This document shows positions 56,437 through 64,000 of a stretch of DNA of 64,000 nt, one piece after another. Numbering within the stretch: the first letter of the stretch is position 1; every line of letters starts with the position of its first letter. The stretch comes from Clostridia bacterium. GTDB lineage: Bacteria; Bacillota; Clostridia; Christensenellales; Borkfalkiaceae. A program made the translations under genes and the position numbers. The notes beneath the pieces are model-generated. The model did not search any database. It was not told the DNA's origin and was given only the letters and a program-made list of their open reading frames with translations. Location of the stretch: positions 9,253 through 73,252 of the forward strand of contig JAGHIT010000048.1 in the NCBI GenBank assembly GCA_017887095.1. The letters run 5' to 3'.

Positions 56437-58994
56437 CGATATTTCTCCTTCCACTCGGAAATGAGCGCGAGCGCCTGCATGGGCGTGAGCAGATTGACGT
56501 CGATCCCCGCAAGTTCTTCCCGCAAACTCTGTTCTTCGGTCACTTCCTCCTCCGGCACTTCCGCCTGCGGGGAAGCGGCGCGCTTCTTTTCGCCGCGTTC
56601 CAGTTCCTTTAAAATGACCTTAGCGCGCGATGTGACCTCTTCGGGCACGCCCGCAAGCGCAGCGACCTCGACGCCGAAGGAGCGCGAAGCGCCGCCGCGC
56701 ACGATCTTTCTTAAAAATACGATGCTGCCCGCGATCTCGCGCACATTGATCTTATAGTTTCTGACGCCGTCCAGCTTCCCTTCCAGCTCAGTCAATTCGT
56801 GATAATGTGTTGCAAACAGCGTCTTGGCACGAACCTTTTGTGTGAGACTTTCAATGACTGCCCATGCGATAGACAGACCGTCAAAAGTACTCGTTCCCCT
56901 GCCGACCTCGTCCAGAATAAGCAGACTGCGCTCGGTTGCGTTTCGCAGGATATTGGCGACTTCCGTCATCTCAACCATGAAAGTACTGCGGTCAAGAATG
57001 AGATTGTCGCTCGCACCGATGCGTGTAAAGATGCGGTCGGTGAGCGGGACACGGGCGCGCTTTGCGGGGACAAAAGAACCGATTTGAGCCATGTAGGTAA
57101 TGAGTGCGACCTGCCGAAGATAGGTGCTCTTGCCTGCCATATTGGGACCAGTGATGATCATTGTACGCGAATCGCCGTTATCCAGCGTGCAGTCGTTGGG
57201 AACAAACCGCTCCTTGGAAATCGCCTCCACAACGGGGTGCCGTCCTTCTTCGATTTCCAATGCGCCGCCCTCGGCGATCTCGGGACGGCAATATTTGTTC
57301 TCCTTTGCAACTGTCGCCAACGAAACAAGGCAATCAAGCATGGCAACTGCCCCCGCAATGCGCTGAAAGACAGGAATGTTCTTAGAGAGCATCTCCACAA
57401 GCTCGCTGAAAAGATGCTCTTCAAGCCGGGTCGCCGCATCGCTGCTGCCTAAGATCTTTGTCTCCAGTTCCTTCAGCTCATCCGTCGTGTAGCGCACGCC
57501 GTTTGCGAGCGTCTGACGGGGGACATAGGAATAGGGAACTCTGTCCTTGAAAGAATTCGTGACTTCGATATAATAGCCGAACACGCGATTGTAGCCCACT
57601 TTGAGCGTACGGATGCCTGTCTTTTCCCGCTCTCTGGTCTCCAGCTCCAGAACGAGCGACTTGCCGTCATCCTTGACCGCGCGCAACTCGTCCAGCTGTT
57701 CATTATAACCGCGCCGAATGAAATTTCCCTCTTTCAGCGTCGTCGCCTCGGGCGCAATGGCGCGCTCAAGAAGTTTGACGACGGGCGTCGGATCGATGAG
57801 ATCGTCCGAGATTTTCCGGATGAGCGCAGACGAAAAGCCCGTCAGCTGAAACTTGAGGTTTGGCACAACGGACAGAGAGCTTGCGAGCGACAGGCAGTCC
57901 CGCGGCTGCAAATTTCCGTTGGAGACGCGCCCCGTCAGCCGTTCGATATCCCGCACGCCGCCCAGCATATCGGCAAGCCCCATGCGGATGACGGTACCTT
58001 TGCACAACTCCTCCACCGCATCCAGGCGACGCTCTATCTCTGCTCGGTTGCGAAGGGGCGCGCACAGCATAGCAACGAGCTTTCTTGCCCCCATGCCTGT
58101 TTTGGTCTGATCGAGCAGCCATAAAAGCGAGCCGTACTTTTTGCCCTCTGCATTGTTTTTGAGGATCTCCAGATTGCGGAATGCGATCGCGTCCAACTCC
58201 ATATTTTCGCCGGAATCGACAAAGCGCACCGACGTCAGGTTTTGCATGGCGTGCTTTTGCGTATCGCGCAGATATTCCAAAAGCGCGCCAGCCGCACAGA
58301 CCGCATCGGAATGCCCGGACAGCCCGAGCGCATCCAAAGACGCCGCTTTAAACTGATCGAGTACGCAACGCATTGCCGCCTGCAGGACAAACGCCTGCGG
58401 CAGATAGCAGGAAAAGGCGGGAAGACTCCCGCGCTGCGCCTCGACGTCGTCCTTGACTTCCATCAGCATGGCGTCGTTGCAGATGACCTCCGCGACGGAG
58501 AGGTTGACAAGCACAGAGAGTGCGGCGTCCTTTGTCTCCTCCTCGGAGACGTTGAACTCGCCCGTCGTGATGTCCGCCCAGGCAAGTGCATAACCGCCGT
58601 CCAGTTTGCAGACGCAGGCGATGAAATTATTGCGCCGTTCATCGAGCTGACTCTCCTCCGTCACCGTACCCGCGGAAACAATACGGATAACGTCGCGCTC
58701 GACGATCTTGCCCGCGCCCGGTTCGGAAAGCTGTTCACAGATCGCAACGCGCTCCCCCATCGCGACGAGTTTTGCAATATAGCCGTCCGCCGCATGATAC
58801 GGGATACCGCACATGGGCGCGCGCTCCTTTAAACCGCAGTCCCGCCCCGTAAGGGTAAGGTCGAGCAGCTTGGAGACACGCACCGCGTCATCAAAGAACA
58901 TTTCGTAGAAGTCCCCGAGACGGTAAAATAGCACGCAGTCCTTATACTTCTCCTTCATGGAGAGATAATGTTCCATCATCGGCGAAAGCGCCAT
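56433..58994 (-). CDS. mutS: DNA mismatch repair protein MutS
   Basis: SPMMEHYLSMKEKY...GDFYEMF is the N-terminal mismatch domain, with Walker A GPNMAGKST and TFMVEM. Confidence 0.97.
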   Translation of the reverse strand: MALSPMMEHYLSMKEKYKDCVLFYRLGDFYEMFFDDAVRVSKLLDLTLTGRDCGLKERAPMCGIPYHAADGYIAKLVAMGERVAICEQLSEPGAGKIVERDVIRIVSAGTVTEESQLDERRNNFIACVCKLDGGYALAWADITTGEFNVSEEETKDAALSVLVNLSVAEVICNDAMLMEVKDDVEAQRGSLPAFSCYLPQAFVLQAAMRCVLDQFKAASLDALGLSGHSDAVCAAGALLEYLRDTQKHAMQNLTSVRFVDSGENMELDAIAFRNLEILKNNAEGKKYGSLLWLLDQTKTGMGARKLVAMLCAPLRNRAEIERRLDAVEELCKGTVIRMGLADMLGGVRDIERLTGRVSNGNLQPRDCLSLASSLSVVPNLKFQLTGFSSALIRKISDDLIDPTPVVKLLERAIAPEATTLKEGNFIRRGYNEQLDELRAVKDDGKSLVLELETREREKTGIRTLKVGYNRVFGYYIEVTNSFKDRVPYSYVPRQTLANGVRYTTDELKELETKILGSSDAATRLEEHLFSELVEMLSKNIPVFQRIAGAVAMLDCLVSLATVAKENKYCRPEIAEGGALEIEEGRHPVVEAISKERFVPNDCTLDNGDSRTMIITGPNMAGKSTYLRQVALITYMAQIGSFVPAKRARVPLTDRIFTRIGASDNLILDRSTFMVEMTEVANILRNATERSLLILDEVGRGTSTFDGLSIAWAVIESLTQKVRAKTLFATHYHELTELEGKLDGVRNYKINVREIAGSIVFLRKIVRGGASRSFGVEVAALAGVPEEVTSRAKVILKELERGEKKRAASPQAEVPEEEVTEEQSLREELAGIDVNLLTPMQALALISEWKEKYR

Positions 58995-59021
58995 TGTTTT
59001 TCCTCCGTTTTCCAGCCTCTG

Positions 59022-60320
59022 TTACACTAGTTCACCATAGAGTGAAATACCGTTGGCACGCGTCACGCGAATCTGAACAAACTCGCCGATACAATCACGA
59101 TCCGCCGCAAAGTAGCCCATTCGCCCGAGCGGCTCTCTGCCGAGATACAGCCCTTTCTTTCTGTCATAGTCCTCACAGAGAATTTCGATCCTCTCTCCGA
59201 CATAGCGCTCGCTTTTGCGGCGGGTATTTTCATTGACGCGGTCGATCAGACGGGTAATGCGCTCTTTTGCGACCTCGGGCGCGATCTGCTCTTCCATTTC
59301 CGCTGCCTTCGTCCCCTTGCGCGGGGAATAAATGAAGGTGAATGCCGAAGAGAAATCCGCTTCCTCCACAAGAGAAAGTGTCTCTTCAAACTCCTCCTCC
59401 GTCTCGGTCGGAAAGGCGACGATAAGGTCAGTCGTCAGCTCCGCTTCCGGGATCTCTTTTTTGAGAAGCGCAACCTTCTCCAGATACTCTTCGCGCGTAT
59501 AGCGGCGGTTCATGAGCGATAGGATACGGCTGGACCCGGACTGTGCGGGAAGATGCAGCAGATTGCAGATCCTTTCGTGCTTCTTCATGACGGCGACGAG
59601 CGACGCGGAAAAGTCCTTGGGATGCGAGGTCATAAAGCGCACGCGGAACTTGCCCTCGACGGACGCGACCATGTCGAGAAGCGCAGGAAAATCGATTTCT
59701 CCGTCGCGATAGGAATTGACGTTCTGTCCAAGCAGAGTTATTTCCTTATACCCAGCCGCAACCAGTGCGCGTACTTCCTCCAAAATGATGGAAGCAGAAC
59801 GGCTCTTCTCTCTGCCGCGCACATAGGGCACGATGCAATATGTGCAAAAATTATTGCAACCGTAAGTGATGTTCACCCAGGCATTGGGATAACTTGTGCG
59901 ATAGGGTTGCGCCCCGTCCTCCGTCTCAGCGCGATCTTCCAAAAGTGAGACGACCTTTTTCTCGCGCTGTTTGCGCGCGATGAGTGAAGGAAGTTCGGCA
60001 ACGTTATGCGTCCCGAATACAATATCGATAAAGGGGAATTTTTTGACAAGCAATTCTGCCTTTCCCGCTTCCTGCGCCATGCAACCACCGACCGCAATAA
60101 GCAGCCCGCGCTTTTGCCTTTTCATCTTTTTGAGCGCACCGATATTGCCGAAAGCATGATTCTCGGCATTTTCCCGAATGCAGCAGGTGTTGAATACGAT
60201 GATATCCGCATCCTCAATGGTGCTCTCGCTTTCATACCCTGCACCACGCAGAAGTCCCGCTATCTTCTCCGATTCATGGACGTTCATCTGGCAGCCGTAA
60301 GTGACGATGTGATAGTTCAT
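59022..60320 (-). CDS. miaB: tRNA (N6-isopentenyl adenosine(37)-C2)-methylthiotransferase
   Basis: MNYHIVTYGCQMN, the radical-SAM motif CNNFCTYC and a C-terminal TRAM domain are present. The start is the ATG at 60320. Confidence 0.92.
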   Translation of the reverse strand: MNYHIVTYGCQMNVHESEKIAGLLRGAGYESESTIEDADIIVFNTCCIRENAENHAFGNIGALKKMKRQKRGLLIAVGGCMAQEAGKAELLVKKFPFIDIVFGTHNVAELPSLIARKQREKKVVSLLEDRAETEDGAQPYRTSYPNAWVNITYGCNNFCTYCIVPYVRGREKSRSASIILEEVRALVAAGYKEITLLGQNVNSYRDGEIDFPALLDMVASVEGKFRVRFMTSHPKDFSASLVAVMKKHERICNLLHLPAQSGSSRILSLMNRRYTREEYLEKVALLKKEIPEAELTTDLIVAFPTETEEEFEETLSLVEEADFSSAFTFIYSPRKGTKAAEMEEQIAPEVAKERITRLIDRVNENTRRKSERYVGERIEILCEDYDRKKGLYLGREPLGRMGYFAADRDCIGEFVQIRVTRANGISLYGELV

Positions 60321-60339
60321 AGTGACCCGTAAAAAATCT

Positions 60340-61065
60340 TTATTCCTCGTCCGGAAGGAAGGACGGAAGCTCTCCCAACACTTCCCCCACTTTCTGATGC
60401 AAAACAAGCGAACACTTCCCGTCCAGGGGCGTAGCATCGCGGTTGATGAGCACAAGGTGTTTGCCGCGGAAATATTCCACAAACCCCGCCGCAGGATAGA
60501 CGGTAAGCGACGTCCCCGCTACAATGAGCGTATCCGCAGAGGCGATTGCCTCCAGCGCACCCTGCACGGTGAGAGCATCCAGCTGTTCGCCGTACAGCAC
60601 GACGTCAGGCTTGATCAGCCCGCCGCAGCTGCAATGCGGTACGGCAGAGCTTTCCGCAATGTACTGCGCAGAATAAAACTTCCCGCAAGCAAGACAATAA
60701 TTGCGGTGGATACTGCCATGCAGTTCATAGACGCGTTTACTCCCTGCTGCCTGATGCAGGCCGTCGATATTCTGCGTAACGACTGCAAGAAGCTTACCCG
60801 CACGCTCCCATGCGGCGAGCTTCTTATGCGCGGCATTGGGCGATGCGGAGAGCGGCAACATCTTATCGCGGTAGAAACGGTAAAACTCTGCCGTGTGCGA
60901 ATAAAAATATGTGCTGCTAAGCATAACCTCCGGAGGGACATCGTACTTCTGGCGGTACAATCCGTCCTCACTGCGAAAATCAGGGATCCCGCTTTCGGTG
61001 GAAACGCCTGCACCGCCAAAAAAAACAATTTTCCGGCTCCGTTCGATAATTTCTCTGAGTGTCAT
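60340..61065 (-). CDS. cobB: NAD-dependent protein deacylase (Sir2 family)
   Basis: GAGVSTESGIPDFRS, QNIDGLH and a Zn ribbon (CLACG...CSCGG) are present. The start is the ATG at 61065 after GGAG. Confidence 0.9.
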   Translation of the reverse strand: MTLREIIERSRKIVFFGGAGVSTESGIPDFRSEDGLYRQKYDVPPEVMLSSTYFYSHTAEFYRFYRDKMLPLSASPNAAHKKLAAWERAGKLLAVVTQNIDGLHQAAGSKRVYELHGSIHRNYCLACGKFYSAQYIAESSAVPHCSCGGLIKPDVVLYGEQLDALTVQGALEAIASADTLIVAGTSLTVYPAAGFVEYFRGKHLVLINRDATPLDGKCSLVLHQKVGEVLGELPSFLPDEE

Positions 61066-61167
61066 ATTCAGCTCCGATATCACATTATACCATAAAACAG
61101 CGCAGGTATCAACAAAAGCGGGCTTCCCGACATGAAAAATTCTTGCTGAAAGCGCATACTGTAAACA

Positions 61168-63345
61168 ATGAAACGGACTCTCACTATGATCGGCGTTGTA
61201 CTCGGAATCCTGCTCATTGTCGCTACAGCGCTTTTTCTCTATTATTTCAACGTAACTTCTTCCGTAAAATTGGATCGTTCCAAACTTACACCCGATACGG
61301 CATCCGTACGCCTCTATGACAAAGACGGAGCAGAAATCGCGGTCTCGGCGCGCTCACTTATTCAGGATATTCCGGATCCCGTCAAAAAGGCCTTCGTAGC
61401 AGTTGAGGACAAACGCTTTTTCGAGCATCATGGAATCGATACGAAGCGTATGCTCGCAGCCCTTTGGCACAACCTGACAACTTTTTCCTTTGCCGAAGGC
61501 GCTTCAACCATTACGCAACAATTGATCAAGAATACGCATTTGTCAAGCGAGAAGACGATCGCCCGTAAGCTAAAAGAAATCAAACTTGCCAAACAGCTGG
61601 AAAAAGCATATTCTAAAGATGAGATCCTCACCCTATATCTAAATTCCATTTACTTCGGGCACAGTGCGTTCGGAATTGAAAACGCAGCGCAGTTTTACTT
61701 CGGAAAACAACCGGCAGACCTGACTGTCGCCGAAGGCGCCATGCTCGCGGCGATCGTCAAGTCCCCCAACCGTTATTCTCCATTTCATGACAATCAAGCT
61801 TGCCATGAACGTCGCAATCTGGTATTAAAGCTTATGAATCAACAGGGATATCTGGACGATACGGAATACCGTACGGCGATTTCCGATCCGCTTCCCGCCG
61901 CGCCCGCCTGTGTGCAGACAAAAAACACCTACACCGATTGTGTCTTTGATGAACTTGATACGATTTTTCCGGACGCCGGAACGGGTTATTGGGGAAATCT
62001 GAAAGTCTATACCCGGTTCGATCCCGTACTACAGGAAACCCTGGAGCAGACGCAGGCGTCCTCGGACGTCTGTCTGCTTGTCCGCGACAACCATTGTGAT
62101 GCGATATGCGCACTCCATGCAACGGCAGGCGTTCTGACACGGCTTCCTGCTTCTACGATCAAACCGCTCCTGATCTATGCGCCTGCTTTGGAGGAAAATC
62201 TTATCAGTCCCGCCACCCCGCTTTTGGATCAGAAAACAGACTTCGGAGGATACTCTCCCGATGATTACGGCGGCGCAACGAACAAATATATGAGCGCACG
62301 GGATGCACTCGCGCACAGCGTCAATATTCCTGCCGTTCGCATCCTGAACGAAATGGGCATTGAAAATGGTACGAAATATCTCGATCGCATGCAATTACCG
62401 GTCCCGGAAGAGGACAAATCCCTCGCCCTTGCGCTTGGAGGAATGCGACACGGTTATACCCTTCCGGCTCTCGCAGACGGATACGCCACGTTCGCAAACG
62501 GCGGAACTTTTTCATCCGCAGGCTTTATCTCCCGCATTGAAGATGAACGGGGCAATATCTTATACTCTCATTCCGCAACGCAACGCCGCGTCTTTTCTGA
62601 AGACGTAAGCTATCTCGTAAACGACATGCTGCAAACGGCTGTACGAGAGGGAACTGCAAAAAGACTTCGTACACTTTCCTTTCCCGTATGCGCAAAGACC
62701 GGTACGGCAGGTACCGACGCAGGCAACACGGACGCGTATTGCATTTCCTATACGCGCGACCATGTCGTGGCAGCGTGGATGGGAAATGCCGATAACTCCC
62801 CTATTGAAACGACGGGCGGCGGATTGCCCGCAAATGCCGTCCTCACCGTCATGCGGTCACTCTATCGGAACAGCCCACCGACGCCCTTCGAAGAAAGAGA
62901 CGACGTAGTGCGCCTGAGTTTTGATCAGGAAGCATATGAAAACGAACACACCATTCTGCTTGCCGACCCCGCCGCACCGCCTGCAACAAGCCTTTATGAA
63001 TTATTTCGCGCAAACGCCAAACCTTCTTCTGTCAGTACACGCTTTTCTAAGCCGAGCATCCGGACGCCGTCCATTCAGCTCCGTAACGGGACCATTCAGA
63101 TCACACTGACCAGGACTCAGTATTACGATTACGAAATAAAAAGAGAAAACCGCGGCAAAATTGCCACGATTTACAGCGGTCCGTATCGGGACACGATTTG
63201 CGATAACTCCGTAAAGGCGGGCGAAACCTACGTCTATACGGTCATCCCGAAGTACAAAGACTATACGGGTAAGCCCGTCGTCCTTCCCTCGGTTTCCGTG
63301 CCGGGAAAAATAACGCTTCCGGAAGATTGGTGGTCCGATCAGTGA
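61168..63345 (+). CDS. Class A penicillin-binding protein (glycosyltransferase plus transpeptidase)
   Basis: The GT51 motifs are EDKRFFEHHGID and GASTITQQL. The transpeptidase motifs are STIKP and KTGT. There is an N-terminal TM anchor. Confidence 0.93.
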   Translation: MKRTLTMIGVVLGILLIVATALFLYYFNVTSSVKLDRSKLTPDTASVRLYDKDGAEIAVSARSLIQDIPDPVKKAFVAVEDKRFFEHHGIDTKRMLAALWHNLTTFSFAEGASTITQQLIKNTHLSSEKTIARKLKEIKLAKQLEKAYSKDEILTLYLNSIYFGHSAFGIENAAQFYFGKQPADLTVAEGAMLAAIVKSPNRYSPFHDNQACHERRNLVLKLMNQQGYLDDTEYRTAISDPLPAAPACVQTKNTYTDCVFDELDTIFPDAGTGYWGNLKVYTRFDPVLQETLEQTQASSDVCLLVRDNHCDAICALHATAGVLTRLPASTIKPLLIYAPALEENLISPATPLLDQKTDFGGYSPDDYGGATNKYMSARDALAHSVNIPAVRILNEMGIENGTKYLDRMQLPVPEEDKSLALALGGMRHGYTLPALADGYATFANGGTFSSAGFISRIEDERGNILYSHSATQRRVFSEDVSYLVNDMLQTAVREGTAKRLRTLSFPVCAKTGTAGTDAGNTDAYCISYTRDHVVAAWMGNADNSPIETTGGGLPANAVLTVMRSLYRNSPPTPFEERDDVVRLSFDQEAYENEHTILLADPAAPPATSLYELFRANAKPSSVSTRFSKPSIRTPSIQLRNGTIQITLTRTQYYDYEIKRENRGKIATIYSGPYRDTICDNSVKAGETYVYTVIPKYKDYTGKPVVLPSVSVPGKITLPEDWWSDQ

Positions 63346-64000
63346 ATGGAAATTCGTTCCAGCGTCGTGAGCGCTTCTTCGACAAGCGCTTCCACATCCA
63401 ACTTTTTTTCTTCTTCTTCTATAAAAGAAAGCTTGGGTTTGATGGCAGGAAATTCGGGCAGAAACACGGTACAGCAGTCCTCGTAGGGCAAAACCGAGGT
63501 ATCAAACGTGCCGATCTTTTTGGCTCGAACAATGATCTCCTCTTTATCAAAGCCGATAAGCGGTCTGAAAACAGGCAACGTCACAACGGCATTGGATGAA
63601 GCGATCCCCTCCATCGTCTGCGAGGCGACCTGCCCCAGGCTCTCACCCGTGATAAGGCATTTAGCTCCCTTTCTCTTGGCGACGCGCTCGGCTATACGGA
63701 ACATGAAGCGGCGCAACAGAGTCACGTTCAACTCAGGCGCACATTTTTTGTGGATCTCCTCCTGGATATGCGTCACCTTGACGGTCGCAAGCGACTCTCC
63801 TCCCGCATAACGCGAAAGAATACGCGCAAGTTCGACGACCTTGTCCTTTGCCTGTTCATTGGTATAGGGATAGCTGTGGAAATGAAGATATTCCACATCC
63901 ATGCCTCGCTTTGCCATCATATAGCCCGCAACGGGAGAATCGATTCCACCCGAAATAAGCAATAATCCCTTGGAAGAGGTCCCTACAGGCATTCCCCCCG
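63339..64000 (-). CDS. thiI: tRNA 4-thiouridine(8) synthase ThiI, C-terminal part (truncated by window end)
   Basis: The PP-loop LLISGGIDSPVAG is present. The ORF runs off the right edge of the window. Confidence 0.88.
   Translation of the reverse strand, partial: GGMPVGTSSKGLLLISGGIDSPVAGYMMAKRGMDVEYLHFHSYPYTNEQAKDKVVELARILSRYAGGESLATVKVTHIQEEIHKKCAPELNVTLLRRFMFRIAERVAKRKGAKCLITGESLGQVASQTMEGIASSNAVVTLPVFRPLIGFDKEEIIVRAKKIGTFDTSVLPYEDCCTVFLPEFPAIKPKLSFIEEEEKKLDVEALVEEALTTLERISIH

Overview
This is a 64-kb chromosomal segment from a moderately GC-rich, endospore-forming Firmicute. Gene content (yabP-yabQ-divIC, a Firmicute-type dcw cluster, type-2 GalT) suggests Clostridia, possibly Oscillospiraceae/Ruminococcaceae-like, but the taxon is inference only. 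I support 62 protein-coding genes and found no rRNA, tRNA, CRISPR array, transposase or integrase. Most of the window is housekeeping: typA, thyA-folA, gltX, aroK, secG-rnr-smpB followed directly by metY-metA, galE, purB, groES-groEL, a long minus-strand dcw cluster (mraZ to ftsZ), rpsT, an HTH-cupin regulator with potABCD, galKT with an AraC regulator, miaB-mutS-mutL-miaA, a Sir2 deacylase, a class A PBP and a partial thiI. The least ordinary stretch is about 43.7-48.4 kb. It is a visibly AT-richer, terminator-bounded block between potD and galK. It holds a compact minus-strand operon: SPFH protein, a 59-aa Arc-type RHH protein missing from the ORF track, an N-terminally extended ABC ATPase, an ABC-2-like permease and an orphan 2-TM protein. 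A Trp-rich polytopic membrane protein is transcribed divergently from it, and the shared control region carries three TGATATCA palindromes. Other points worth a second look are a 254-nt structured repeat-bearing spacer between groES and groEL, no visible CIRCE upstream of groES, a terminator-bounded ~280-nt orphan segment after rpsT, phased MraZ boxes at the dcw promoter, and atypically long PotA, PotD and FtsL proteins. All function calls come from motif and family recognition by eye, and no database search was run.
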